64,000 nt of DNA from Mobula hypostoma (taxonomy: Eukaryota), in NCBI RefSeq assembly GCF_963921235.1, contig NC_086097.1:143098001-143162000 (forward strand), in the 5' to 3' direction. Each line of letters starts with the position of its first letter. The first letter of the stretch is position 1. Below, in pieces: positions 1 through 12,699 of the stretch. The notes under the pieces are model-generated. The model was not told where the DNA came from. It did no database searches and saw only the letters and a list, made by a program, of their open reading frames with translations. Position numbers and translations under genes: made by a program.

Positions 1-215
1 TGTGCCTCTGCAAAGCTTCTATATCCTTCTGGTAATACTGCAACCAGAACTGGACACTTCTCCAAATGTGGCTGAAACAAAGTTTGTACACAGCTGCAAC
101 CTGACTTGCCAAGTTTCACACTCAGTGTCCTTATCTATGAAGGCAGGCATGCCATATGACTTTTTTTTAAAAAACTACTTGGGTTGCAACTTTCAGGGAG
201 CTATGGACCTGCATT
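1..215 (-). mobile_element. CR1 LINE ORF2 C-terminal fragment, decayed
   Basis: The reverse strand resembles the CR1 segment LQLYK.L..PHLE.CVQFW. Confidence 0.7.
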
Positions 216-742
216 TCATGTTGCTAATTAGACAACATACAGATCATGCAGATCATTTATTTAGATTAAGATCAGAGGCCCCTTTTAGCCCTCATGTTTC
301 TCTGCTGAAGTTCTTTCCAGCTTCCTTTATACTCTTCAGGGACCTTATCTGATTTTAGCTCTCTAAACTTTACATATGGTTCCCTTTGTTTTTGACTAAA
401 CTTACAGCAGTTCTTGTTATCCAAGGTCCTTGAACCTTGCCATTGTCAGCACAAGGACTGCAGTAGTAATCCTTACCACCTCCACTTAGGAACTAGGAAA
501 GTTGGCAGTAAATTTCAGGCAGCGATTCTGAAACCAGACTTTAGATAGAACTGCAGATTAATTCCAGAGTTTTGCATCCAAGCTCAGAGTTCATTTTATT
601 ATTCAGTGAATCTCAGTAATGGTAAACATGTGTGACTGTTGAGCTAGTCTCAATGCCTACCAAATCTAGTACAATTTCTGTGCCCCACAGCAGCAATTTC
701 TGAGTTCTCTATAATTCAATAGTACTGTCCCAGCCTATATAT

Positions 743-1485
743 ATAGGATTCTGGTTAAAATTGTCTTGGTCCCTCAGTTAATTTGGGACGACGCTTAAAG
801 GAAACAAAAACCTGAACATAGCTGGGATTCCCTTTGTTTATTTGGAATACTATGCCACGTAATTGGGACTGGAGACTGCTGTTAAACCGTTTTTAAACAG
901 GCATTACTGTGCTTAGAGTGATAAGTTTTTAAATAGCGTCAGTTGAATGTGTTTGTTTTCAAAAAGCAGTGACTTCTGTCACTGACAGCTGGTGTTAGAA
1001 GTAAGCAGTAAGAGAATTCAGGATTGTTTTGCTCATTGTAGTTTAAGCATTCAGGCTTTAGGAAGTTAGATAATGGCTGGGAGTGAAAATGAAACGATTT
1101 CACTACATCAAGTTAGAAGCTATGGAGAATTAAGGTATCAGCAGTCATCCTGAACATTACAATGAAAATGAAGATTTGGAGGATGAAATTGTCGACAACA
1201 TTATATCATGTACACTAGGCGTCTGCGATGATTTTGTTCATTTACAATCAAAAGAATGCGGCATAGTTGAATTCCTCCCTTTGTAAATATTAAGAGCTAA
1301 TAGCACTGTTTCATAGGGCTGAAATAGCATTGATTGTGTTCAAATTTGTTTTGTATTTCATTTAAATACATCATTTGTTACTTAGTTGGTCTTTTTTATA
1401 CCTTTTTAACTATTTTCATGAAACTTCAGCTAATTGGGGATAAATGTACGGCACCTGATGAGCCCCAATTAACTGGAATCCACTG
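743..1485 (+). mobile_element. Tigger/pogo-like non-autonomous DNA transposon
   Basis: The right end ttaactggaatccactg+TA is inverted relative to a degenerate left end (taggattctggttaa). Internal remnants read DSW..EVSSKRIQDCFAHC and acidic ENEDLEDEIVD, typical of a pogo/Tigger transposase C-terminus. Confidence 0.65.
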
Positions 1486-1759
1486 TATTTACTAACCAAT
1501 ACTGAAAAAACAATTTAATCAGTCTTTTATCTGATCTGTATATGTAGGTCCATTCCTCTATTTAAGGGCAGTTTGAGGAGACACTTTGCTCAACTTCCAC
1601 CTTATTTCAATTCATGGAGAAGATTTTGATGCAGATTTTCATCTTTTCTTTTGCTTGGCTGCCAAAATATTTCATAGCTCAATCCTTGGCTGAAAAGCAA
1701 ATTAACCAAAATCCAAAAAAGCAAAGGATAATTTAGATAATGATGATAATAGCATGCAC

Positions 1760-1921
1760 CTGCAGATTATAATGAGGAACTTTATCAGGAGGAGTGCTTG
1801 TCCAAGGCCTGCCTCAGCCTCCTCAGTCGATAATCTCTGTACACATTGACTCAATTGATGGCTCAGAACTTGCAGCACATTGCCTGGCAACAGTGGAATC
1901 TCTGCAGTCATCTCTTCAGGC
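1760..1921 (-). CDS. nbeal2: Neurobeachin-like protein 2, coding exon (probably exon 3), 162 nt, phase 2/2
   Basis: Splice context is ttgttacttctag|G CCT GAA...TGC AG|gtgcat. Translation is (R)PEEMTAEIPLLPGNVLQVLSHQLSQCVQRLSTEEAEAGLGQALLLIKFLIIIC(R), matching the NBEAL family motif RPEE..E.PLLP...QALLL.K..II.CR. AG from the previous exon plus G makes an in-frame Arg. Confidence 0.92.
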
Positions 1922-2334
1922 CTAGAAGTAACAAGAAAATACAGAGGATTGAAACCATAGCAACGAAACATAAATCAGATCAGGCCTTGAGCAAGAAACT
2001 TGCGCTGGCCTCCCCTTCTATGAAGCGAAACGTGATATAATTACTGTGTTTCTTTTAAAGCACTTCAGAGGTTCCACAACTGCTTATTTTTAAAAAAGTA
2101 AACATACTACACAGCTACTCTTGCAGTGATAAATGCAAAATAAGAGCAAGCTCCAACTAAGTATTTTCTCAGAATACTGAGCTGGAATACACAAGCCCTT
2201 ATAAAGGTCACCTCAAATCCCTTCTAACCTGTTTTAATTGATTAAGCTGTGTCATTTGTCACTTATTCTCCCAAATTAGTTCTTAGCACTCTCTAAAAAT
2301 TTAAGACAATTTAACAAGGCACCCAAGTGCAGTA

Positions 2335-2625
2335 TTGAGGAAGAATTGCACCATTGGGGTGAAATATTTTCTGCGTGATGTCAAACTAAACCTCCATCTA
2401 CTGTCTCAGCTGGATTCAAAAATTTCCCGTATTATTTTGAAACTGAATGGTGAAGTTATACCTGCTACCCCACCTATTTTTATCATTAATAAATAGGTCT
2501 GATTGGAGCTTGCTGTGTGCAATCTGGTCACCATTTTTATTACAACTCCAAAGGAGTTCATTGGCTTTTCATTGGGAATGGCCTGAGGTAATGAAAGGTG
2601 GAGTGTAAATATAAAAGTCACTTTA
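2335..2625 (+). mobile_element. DeuSINE-like (SacSINE1/AmnSINE1-related) ancient SINE, decayed
   Basis: Blocks agtgcagtattgagg, ggagcttgctgtgtgcaa, gttcattggct and cctgaggtaatgaaagg...taaat resemble the Deu core and tail as recalled. Similar remnants lie near 22480-22610 (-), 47035-47300 (+), 47870-47935 (-) and 50885-51170 (+). Confidence 0.55.
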
Positions 2626-3564
2626 ATTGAATAGTTGAGGGGAGACAAGTTGTGAATGAGGTGAGGGTCGGAAACTTCCAAAAAAGGAACACCAGGAAAA
2701 CCAGAAGCAAATGTCCAGCATTTGAGAAGGGATATTAATGCAAGCATGCTCCCTTGGTTTTAGTGCTCTTTGCATACCTTCTCGCAGCTTTAGAAGAGGA
2801 TGTAGGATGTGACAAACAAAATACAGCAAATGCAAGAACAAAATAAGATTCAGAATTTCAATTTATAGGACTGGTGTATAATACCGGGACAAGAAGAATT
2901 ATGACCATCATTCCAAATTGAGCAGCTTGTTCTTTGTCATTTTTAGTTAGAACGACTGTATGAGAGACCTGGAATTCTGTGGCTACAGATCTGAGGTAGG
3001 ACTTAGTTCCCATACACACTCACTCCATGGCAATCCTTGTCCACCCGGGTCCTCAGGGCTCACTAATATCTGGCTTTCAGCCCAGAGATTCCACAGTATC
3101 GGTGGGCATGGTTCTATTTAACTTTGAGGTACAGTACACATAGGCACCAGTTTACCCCAAGAACATTAGGATGCAATGGTGGCAAATGAAGATCTGTCAC
3201 TGTGCAACTCTGGGTTACATGAAAGATATACAAGACATCTAGACAGTCATTTAGGTAGGCAAGGTATAAAAGAATATGGAGCCTAGAGTCTCCAGAATGG
3301 CCAGAAAAGTTGGTGTGGACATGACATGATGAGTCAAAGGGGCTGTTTATGTGCTGTTCGATTGTAGGACTACAGGTGGGTCACCATATAACACTTCAGC
3401 AATTTTATGGCAAGTGTAGGTTTCTCACTGGGATTAACTATAATTTCAAGGTGCTCTTCTAAAGATCTGTTACAGGCTCATGGGTTTTGATCATTTGTGG
3501 AATGATCGTCCTTTCCCCATCCATCTCCAGCTTTAATTTTATTAGTGGCAGAAACCTATCCACA

Positions 3565-3665
3565 CTCAAGATGCTGGTGGAACTCTGCAGGTCAGGCAGC
3601 ATCTAAGGGAATCAATAAAGAGTCGATGTTTTGGGCTGAGACCCTTCATCAGGACTGGAGAGGAA
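3565..3665 (-). mobile_element. Penelope-like terminal repeat (pLTR) fragment with inactivated hammerhead (GAAA to AAAA)
   Basis: The minus strand reads CCAGTC CTGATGA AGGGTCTCAGCCC AAAA CA TC GACT, followed by gatgctgcctgacctgc, the same repeat family as 48887-50290. Confidence 0.8.
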
Positions 3666-4319
3666 GGGGTGGTGGGGGGGGGGCGGTGGGGAAGATGCCA
3701 GAACTTGAGCTTCAGGAATTGCTAAATAAAGCAAAGTGACTACTACAGGTGTATAGGGACGAAAAACATCCTGACTTTTGATCTCCTCACCTCCCATCTA
3801 GAGGGGAAGATGTGAACAACAAACTTTTTTTAAATAAACAAAATATAAAGTGTTATACTTTTTTCTGAAGGACTGGGAATGTTGCCTTTAGGAGTTTACA
3901 TTTGCTTGAGGTAAACTCCTAGTGACTGTTGATTTTGATTGGAGCAGTGAGCAGGCAGTGAGAACAAAAGCAACATAACTGCACACAGATCATTTTAGTC
4001 ACGTGTGGTACAAATGCAATATATTTTTCATAAGGGTCTCTAGGAAGTAGATTGGATTGTAAAGCTAGTCCACCTTACAGAAAGGTATTGTGCTTCCAAG
4101 CTGGAAAATACTTGCAATCCATCCTGTTATTCATTAATTGTAAATGTGGGTTACTTTGTCTGTGGCTCTTAAAATAATACAATTTTGAAAAAATCTGAAA
4201 CTATGTAGTCCTTTTGTATTTGGGTTGCTGACTCTGTTCTGGGGAAAGAGGCTCTGCTACTTTGAAAGTGTTGCTGCATTCATAAAATGGGGAGAAATGC
4301 AATACACGTGGTGAATTAC

Positions 4320-4414
4320 CTTCGCTGAAGTGGCTCAAAGGAGCTGATGTCAATAATTCGCTCAAAGGATGTGACAAAAGCTTCAAGCCATTGCTGAAGA
4401 TAGTGAGGATCCTT
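4320..4414 (-). CDS. nbeal2: Neurobeachin-like protein 2, coding exon (probably exon 2), 95 nt, phase 0/2
   Basis: The minus strand reads tttatttacag|AAG GAT...CGA AG|gtaatt and translates to [31 protein letters not shown](R). This matches the NBEAL2 segment KDLGYLQQWLKAFV...SSLEPRR as recalled, and is closer to NBEAL2 than NBEAL1. This frame is absent from the ORF track. Confidence 0.92.
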
Positions 4415-5415
4415 CTGTAAATAAAGAACAAGAATGATTAATTCCAGCAAATCCTCAAGGCTTTGAATCTCACTCAGAATTTTGAGTGGACCTCATACAG
4501 AAAGCAGGTCACTAAACTGCAAGCTTTCCTCCCTAGAAAGACCCCTAGCTTCAGTCTATATTGTTGCTGTCAAATTTTTGTTTGCAGTGGAACTTGATCA
4601 TTTGACATCGTCTTGCTTGCCCACTGGCCTTTGTGTTGCAGGGCTTTTTCGGGATTTTCATTTTAAATTCGCCATTCCGCTCAATCGATACTATTTAGCT
4701 GGCCTGGGTACATGCAAAAGAATAATCACAATGTTCTTGATTTTCTGGGCCAAGGAACTGTCTGGATTCACAAAGAGCAAAGGCAGCATCCAGGTGCAAT
4801 GATACTTCACTTAAACTCTTTTTATTGCCCTCAAGAGCAGAACACACAACGCTACCCCATAACAAAAGGGAAAGTACTGCAGCTATTTGTTAGATCATTA
4901 TTGAATTTCAAAGCCATCCACACCATTCCCTTCTGGATATTTTTGTTAATAATAACAATAATTGGCCATACTTGCCTGCAATAGCTGGAAATATTTTTGC
5001 AACATCATTTGTAATATTTTCCTGACAAATACGCTGTGGTGAATTCTAGCCATTTACATGATTTCCAAAAATCACTTCTGCTAAATTATAGAGCCTATTT
5101 TGCTTTAACCACAATCTCTTATTTCTGAATTTCTGGGCCAATATTATCAGTATTTAATTATTTTTTTGTAGTTAAGGAAATTAATTTAACATGTTTAAAA
5201 AAAGAATAAATGATATCCTATAATGCTTTAGCACTGGACATAGATAATTTCGATTTAAATCTAGGATACCGATTGTCATAGAGCACTGCTGGCAGCCACC
5301 TTGCCAAGGTTGGATACAGCTGAGAAGAGTCACAAATGTCCATTCATTACTTATACTTAAATTTACCTGTTTATGTTGGTTCTGGCTTCTGATCAGGGAG
5401 TTGTCTCCACCTCCA

Positions 5416-5950
5416 GAATCAGAATCAGGTTTACTGTCACCAGCATATGTTGTGAAATTTGTTAACTTAGCAGTAGCAGTACAATGCAATACACGATAGA
5501 TATAGAAAAAAAAAGAATTACGGTAAGTTTACTTATATTAAATAGCTACATTAAAAATAATACTGCAAAAACAGAAATGATAAAAAAGCGAGGTAGTGTC
5601 CATGGGTTTAATGTCCATTTAGAAATTGGATGGCAGAGGGGAAGAAGCTGTACCTGAATCGCTGAGTGTGTGCCTTTAGGCTTCTGTACCTCCTTCCTGA
5701 CAGTAACGATGAGAAGGGGGCATGTGCTGCGTGATGGGGGTCCCTAATAATGGACGTCGCCTTTCTGAGGCACCACTCCTTGAAGATGTCTTGGATACTA
5801 TGGAGGCTAGTACCCATGATGGAGCTGACTAATTTTACAACTTTCTGTAGCTTCTTTCGATCCTGTGCAGTAAGTCCACCACCCCAACCCTCATACCATA
5901 CAGTGATGCAGCCCGTCAGAATGTTCTCTACAGTATATCTCTAGAAGTTT
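5416..5950 (-). mobile_element. Rex1/Babar-clade LINE 3' fragment
   Basis: ORF 5608..5817 (SIIRDPHH..H..F..L.SGRRYRSL...T.RF..SFFP.AI) and a tail taaacctgattctgattc on the minus strand. Confidence 0.8.
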
Positions 5951-6694
5951 GAGTGACATGAAGATATCTCCATATTCTGCTGAGGTACCTGCACTCCTCT
6001 TAATCTGGCCACTTATATTACTCTTCAGATTAGGTGAATAGGCCTTTTGTGGAGAAGCCTCCAAATTTTCCCTGAAGCCTCATCATGATTCATGCTTTGC
6101 TCTAAACTGTTTAAAATCTGCCTCTTGATCAATTTCTTAGTCATCTGCTCACACTGATCCCCATGAATGATCATATTCTTGGGTTGATTTGGTCTATAGT
6201 AAAGGCAAGGCAATAGAAGCAAACGTTCTATGTTTTTAAATGAAGTAATTGAACCAGTTAGATGTGAGTACATCATCTGCATTCTATGGCACAAAACCTC
6301 TAACCTCATTCCGCTGTTCGAAGCATACTCACGCCCACTCTTCTACTCACATTTTTCATTTTCACTGCACTTTTTTGTCCTTGCATCCACTAACTGCTAC
6401 CACAATCCCCTCCTCTAGTTCTAGTGCACTTGGTAATTAATTAATCAACTTATAAATTCTTACAAAATTAACTTCTAGAACATTAATTAACTTGCTACTT
6501 AATGCACTTACCCTCACTGACTGCATTGTGCCCACTGTGGAAACAAGTACAAAAACCAAGACACCCTGCGCAGTTAACCGTTACTGAACCGTTTCTGTTA
6601 TAAACAACAGAAATACATCTACACCAAGAGATGGAGAGTTAGAAACATCCCTGGACTGAGTACGACTGCTATTCCAGCAGATGCTGCATCTCTG

Positions 6695-6810
6695 AAGTAA
6701 AAACAGAGAATGCAAGAAACCCTCAGCAGGTCAGATCGCAGCTGTGGAAAGAGAAACACGTCAGGTTTCAGGTCTAGGAGCCTTCATCAGAACTGGGTAA
6801 GAGAGAAAAA
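6695..6810 (-). mobile_element. Penelope-like pLTR fragment, old
   Basis: ctcagcaggtcag...tttcaggtctaggagccttcatcagaactgg is a degenerate reverse pLTR with a CTGATGA...GAAA remnant. Confidence 0.6.
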
Positions 6811-7403
6811 GAAGTTTATTTTCCGTAGCCAAGAATTTGGGGGAGGGACAATTAGAACAAGAAGAATATTTCTGATAGGCTGTGACCAAGTGAGTTAATA
6901 GGAGCAGTCAGGTCGAGTAGCATGCTACTACTTCGTGTAATATGTTGTTAATAGCAACGCTGTGGGATGTGTCCTGCAAGCCAGGACATATTCATAGAAA
7001 TAGAAAAATAGCTCAAATAAAGATAAGTGGAAATGGCCAGTTCTGATCCAGACAGAAAGAAAGAGCATTAACTAAAGTCAGAGACTTGATAAATCTAGAA
7101 GCTATACAGCAAAGGACACAGGCTCCACCTTCTCCCATGACGGAGGGGTCATGGGCCTCCTGCCCTCTGCTGTGGTCTTGAGCAATTATTCAACACCTCA
7201 ATTGCCATGTTGCTCTGTGGAGAATTCCAGGACATAGATATCCTGAGCTTTCAGCTGCTCCTCTTTCCGATATGATCAAAGGGCATTTCTTTGGAAAATC
7301 TCTGCTTTTCCCCATTCTCCTCCCCATTTCTTATTTTGCACCTCATGTGCGCCTTCCACCTGGTAAGGTCCTAAACCACCCCTTCAAACACAATCAATGT
7401 CAA

Positions 7404-7580
7404 TATTATGTTTGTGGTACTGAGAAGCCACACACAGGAGACGGAAAGTTGAGTTGCAGCTGTTTACTTTGCACGTAAGCCATCTACTCAGAATGTTCTG
7501 TCCCATTATGTTCAGTCCGTAATGCACAGGGAGGCTTGACAGCTACATGCAAGGTTCAAAATATACAAAACATACATATT
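7404..7580 (-). repeat. 3' LTR of the 7404-12699 Gypsy
   Basis: Diverged direct repeat of 12509-12699, adjacent to the polypurine tract. Confidence 0.65.
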
Positions 7581-10500
7581 CTTTCTCTCTTATTTTAAAT
7601 GCTTCTCTCCCTTCCCATATATAGACTGAACATTCAATGGTGTAATCATCAAATTCAACCAACAATTAAAAAAACATTTATTTTCTAAACTAGGAAAGAG
7701 TGTCTCTATTCCCAGATACTCTGGGGAATTATTCTGCTCCATATGCTAAGGGATAGTCACTAAACTAGAGATTCAATCTGACTGGAGGCTGCCTGTTCCA
7801 GTGAGGGTACCAACAACTTGAGGAGGACGCCAAAGTCATTTCATCTCTTGGTGGTGTATGTATAGATCTTGGCTTGGGTACTCCACTGCTATCAGGGGGC
7901 AACCCCCCCCCCCCCAGAAAACACAGGTGATGTGGGAGAACTGGCTGTGTCATTTGATCTTAATGGAGGTTCTGCAGTTGATGTTTCAGAGTCCTGTCCC
8001 ATTTCTACAATAGGATCTGGATTGGGCAGTTTGTGTTGGTTTTCAGTTGCGTCAGAAGTGGGCAACACCTGATCAACATGCCTTCTTCAGATGCTGTGGT
8101 AACTAGTTTCTGCTGTGTATGACACAGGACCAGTTTGTGCCACCACCATTCCAGGTATCCACTTTGTTCCATAGATGCACTTCAGAGCAAGCACTCTCTC
8201 TCCTGCTGTACTGAGTTTTGGCACATCCTTTTTGCTTGGGTTTTCTGTTCATTTAGCAAAATCTGCTTTACATTTGGGGGTCTAAGCAGGTCAAGCTGGA
8301 TGCAAAGCTGTCTGTTCATCAGCGCAGTGACTGGAGCAATTCAGCCGGTGGCGTCAGGCACGTTGTGGTATGTCAGCAAAGAAGTGTGAAGATGCAGGTT
8401 AAGAGATTCACTTCCCACTAAAATCTTGAGAGATTGTTTCATTGTTTGTACAAATCATTCAGCAAGGCCATTAGTGGCTGGATGAAATGGTGCTGACTTG
8501 ATGTGCTGAATACCGTTAGCTTCTGTAAATGCCTTGAACTCTTCAGACTGTATTTGTACACCATTATCACTTAACAAGCTGTTGAGGAAGCACAAAATGG
8601 CTAAAGGTGGGACATTGTTCCTCAATACTTTTTCCTCAGATATAAAGCTCTTCATGATGGCAAACTCAGGTCATTTGCTGTGTGTGTCCACTATGACCGA
8701 GGACACGTGGCCCTCTACAGGTCCTGCAAAATCCATGTGAATCCTCTGCCATGCTTCTTCAGGCCATTCCCATGGATGCAAAGGAACAAATTGAGGAATA
8801 TTTCTCGCTCGCTGACAACGTGGGCATGCTTTGGCCTTCCCTTTGATGGCTAAATCCAGTCCTGGCCACCATAAGTAGATGCACTATGCCACAGTGTCCA
8901 GCATGTAGCTCGTCAAGCACTTGCTTTCTAATGGTGGAGGAATGACAACATGGTAGGCCCACAGCAAACAGCCTGATTGGACTGTCAGCTCCTTCCATTG
9001 AGCCATCGAGCCTGATAAGGTGTCAATTCTACGGTTGGCTCTCCTATCTATTCATAAGTTAACTATGTACCCTACTTTAAATAGAACAGGGTCAATATGG
9101 GCATGCTTCCAGACTTGCACGGCAGTTATCAGAGCTTTAAGTATTTCCTTCAAGTAAAAGCTCTCTTTTGGGGATGGCTCTGGAGCAGAAACAGTTAAGG
9201 GAAGCCTGGATAGTCCACAGCATTCGAATGGTGCTCAGACCTCCGTGCTTTATATTGTACCTATGTGCAGATAGTAACAGAACCCAGTGTGGCATTTGAC
9301 TAGCAGCCAGGGCGATGATCTGTCGGTAGTGTAGGTCATCAACCGAAGAGGAATTAATGGAATTTCGTAACTCCAAAGACAACTGCTCCTGCTCCTGCTC
9401 AATCTGGGCATGGTGGCTTTCTGCCTTGCTTAATGTCCTTGGTGCGAAAGTGACTGGATGCTCTTCACCTGACGGCATAATGTGCGATAACTGCCGTGAC
9501 GCTGCGTGATGCATCGCAGGCCAACTGTATGGGCAATGACAGGAAGAAGTATGTGGGTGTTTCAGATTATGACAAAGCTGTTTCGGTCTTTTTAAAAGCC
9601 TCTTCACAGCGATCTGTCCACTGCCAGCATGGTGATTTATTTAAAATCTCATGGAGTGGTTTCATGCTAGCTAAGTTAGGAACAAACTTTGTGTAGAATG
9701 TTCGTAGTCCTAAGAAAGATTTTAATCGACTTGCATTCTGTGGTGATGGAGCCTCCATGATTGACTTCACCTTTGATGGTGCCTTGTGAAGTCATACATT
9801 GTCAATGGAGTGCACTGAGGATGGACCAAATGAAGGTTGGACGTACTCACACCTGTCCGTCAGGACCCTTAGCCCATATTCCTTGAGTCTTTGCAGTGAG
9901 GCATCCAGGTTTTGTAGGTACTCATGCTCATTTTCCCAGTAATCAGCAACTCATCCAAATAACATTGCACCCCTATCAACCTGCTCAAGATATGGCCCAT
10001 TGCTCACTGGAAAAGTGCAGGAGCCGAGCTGATACCAAATGGTCAGTACTGAACATTCCTTTGTGAGTTACTATGGTCAACATTTCCTGTGACTCTGGTT
10101 CCACATGCATCTCTAAGTACACTTGACAGAAGTCAATCTTGCTAAAAGTCTGGCTAATCCTGCAAAAAGTTTATTAATGAGGGGGAAGAGGGTATTGTTC
10201 AACCGCAAGAACTGGGTTAATGGTCACATTGAAGTCTCCACAAAGCCTTAAAGATCCAACCCTTTTTAGGACAGGAAGCACTGGAGTTGCCCGTTTGCTT
10301 ACACACATTGGTCCAGAGTAGGGTATTGGAACCACTTTTTCAAAATCAGCCTCTTCCTTCGGTTTGAGGGCGTATCGAGCTGGTCTTTCCTGAAGGCATT
10401 TGGGTGTTGTGTTGGATTTAGCAGCCAGCTTAACAGAGACTTCTTTCACTCTGCCCAAATCTCTGTTGAATATTTCTGTGTGTTTCTTCAATACCTCTTG

Positions 10501-10792
10501 TAGACCAGTGCTCCCAATAATCAAGTGCACTTCGTGTGAGTAGACTTTGAGCTGCTTCAGCCACGAGCGGTGCAGAAGAGCTGGGTAACAGTGGAAGTTT
10601 CTTTCTCTGTTTGTTCATCTTCACTGTAACATGTACTACTCCCCTCACTGGAACAACCTCACCAGTGTAACTCTTTAAAGTCAACCTTGCCCGTTCTGGG
10701 TTGAGATGCTACAATTTCTCCTTGTAAACGAGCTCTGACACCAGCGATCCTGCAGTACCCATGTCCACCTGCATCCTCACCATAGCCCCATC

Positions 10793-11445
10793 ATAGGAAG
10801 GAGGAGAAGATGGCGGCGTGACGCAGCGCGCGCGGCCATTCCGAATGATATCGATATGTGTTAACTAGGGGGCCGTGCACAATCCTGATTTGATAGAGAC
10901 AGCCGTGAGAAGCACGGAGGAACACCTGGAGAAACTTCTGAAATGCCTGTTTCGCTGCCGCTGCTACTGTGCAATCAAGAATCTCCGGGGGGGAAGGCCC
11001 CAAATCCTCGGCTTTGCCTATTGCCTGTTGCCGGGGCTGGGATTGAAGCGCTCGGCAGAGATGGTGCTCGGTGCTCGGTGTCGAATAGCTGGTCGGAGGC
11101 TCGGAGTTTTCAGACGGACTCGGAATTGGATTGTGGTCGGATGCTTCCAGGATGCTGCATCGGCAAGTTTGCAGCGCTGGAGGTTCACTGTCTGCATGAG
11201 ATGATGGGATTTTCGAGAGACTTTGAGACTTTTACCGTGCCCATGGTCTGTTCTTATCAAATTACGGTATTGCTTTAGACTATTGCAACTATATGTTATA
11301 ATTATGTGGTTTTTGTCAGTTTTTCAGTCGGTTTGTCATGTGTTTCCGTGATATCATTCTAGAAAAACATTGTATAATTTCTTAATGCATGCGTTACTAA
11401 ATGACAATAAAAGAGGACTGCATGTCCTCATAATCTAATCTAATC
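10793..11445 (+). mobile_element. Young CpG-rich non-autonomous retroposon inserted in the Gypsy protease
   Basis: Removing it restores the protease frame LQLDGAM, with ATC duplicated. It starts near AAGATGGCGGCG and ends with AATAAA, a GAGGAC-TGCAT-GTCCTC stem-loop and (TAATC)3. Confidence 0.8.
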
Positions 11446-12508
11446 TAGCTGTAGGGTCACCCAATAGCTGTTTTTGTGTTCTGAAACAGATAAAACACGC
11501 AAAGCTTCTTCAACCAGAGTGATGGTCACTCAGTCCATCTTCAGTACACTCCATCTTGTTCACGTTGTCTTTTCACTTTCACAGGCGTGTTCAATATGTC
11601 CCCTTTTTGCCAATCTAAATCCGTATTCCAGCATTCTTTTCTTGAATACCCTGTTTTGCCACAATGGTAACACTGATTGCTAATAGGCGTCTTATTCCTA
11701 AAGTCAGTAGAAACTTTATGAACTTGGGAAGACTTAACAGCTGTGCTTCTTTAGTTGTCATCTCCATTGCTTCCTGTAATGTCAGTCTGTCTTCTGCAAG
11801 CAAACATTTCTAAATTGCCTCACTACGCAAACCACATGCGAGTCTATCATGTAATGTGTTATTCAGTGACTTCCCAAAATCAGTATTCAGACAATTGCTT
11901 CAGCACTGCCACAAATTGTGAAATAGACTTGCCTTCCTCTTGATTCCTTTTGTGAAATCTAAACCTATCAGGAATAATCAAATGTTTAGATGAATAGTGG
12001 TCCTTTAAGACTCAAACTATGTCCTCTTCAGGCTTATCGCCAGGCTCAGCAGGTTGCACTAGATTGTGTAATAAATTAAACGTTTTTGCACCCAACACAA
12101 AGACAGAAAAATTGGAAATTGAATATCACCTGAAATTTGATTTGCCAGTGCAAAATATTCAAATCTTTCAGTATATGAATTTCATTGTTCTGTCGTTTTG
12201 TCATACAACCCCATATTTCCAAACATTGTCACCATTTCCAAACATTGTCACCATTTTCAAACACAGTCATGTGCCAGAAAAGTTACTGATTTATCTGTCT
12301 TCCTCTCCCTTCCTTAGCTATTTTATTTAACCTTCACATTCTCGTTCTCTCCCCTCAGATCCTTCACTTGCCACGCTTCTTGTGGCTGTTTTCTTTTCAT
12401 TCACCCCCATTACACAGTGGTGTACGGTCAGCATTGCATACAGACTTTTCTTGCCGACTGGAACAAAACAATAAATACCACATGAGGATTTGTCATCTCA
12501 TTGCCCGT

Positions 12509-12699
12509 TGTTAGGTCTGTGGTATTGGGAAGGCTGCTGGCCGTCAGTAGCACACAAACGAGAGACAGAGAAGTGAGGAACAAACGGGTAGCTGCTGATT
12601 TTGAAGTCCGAATGCCCCCTCACATTACGTTCAGTACCTAACACACACGGAAGCTTGACAGCAATGTGTAAGGGTCAAAATATACATGAATACATGACA
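12509..12699 (-). repeat. 5' LTR of the 7404-12699 Gypsy
   Basis: TG...CA ends. Shares blocks (tgtggta, catta.gttcagt, gcttgacagc, tcaaaatataca) with 7404-7580. Confidence 0.7.

Larger units (their letters stand above)
7404..12699 (-). mobile_element. Gypsy/Ty3 LTR retrotransposon, decayed near-complete copy
   Basis: Minus-strand remnants appear in gag-PR-RT-RH-INT order: gag (~11550-12100), protease (YWVTLQLDGAMVRMQVD), RT (ATPVLPVLK..GSLRLCGDF, QYPLP), RNase H and integrase (SDNG.Q..SEEF..F...NGI.HI.SAPFHPATNGLAE). A degenerate PBS lies near 12495-12508 and a polypurine tract near 7579-7592. Confidence 0.9.

Noticed and set aside
1702..1971. 89-aa ORF as a complete gene
   Set aside because: Only 1760-1921 is exonic. 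The rest is intron read-through past the AG and GT sites.
3621..3658. Hammerhead as an active ribozyme (also the copies near 17040, 18100, 25340, 38680 and 46860)
   Set aside because: The conserved CUGANGA or GAAA boxes are mutated, so they are counted as decayed copies.
10875..11278. Overlapping 80-111-aa ORFs in the CpG-rich insert
   Set aside because: They are expected from the high GC content, several use non-ATG starts, and none shows a recognisable motif.
12215..12262. 19-bp tandem duplication (atttccaaacattgtcacc)
   Set aside because: A simple slippage duplicate inside the Gypsy leader, not an array or CRISPR.
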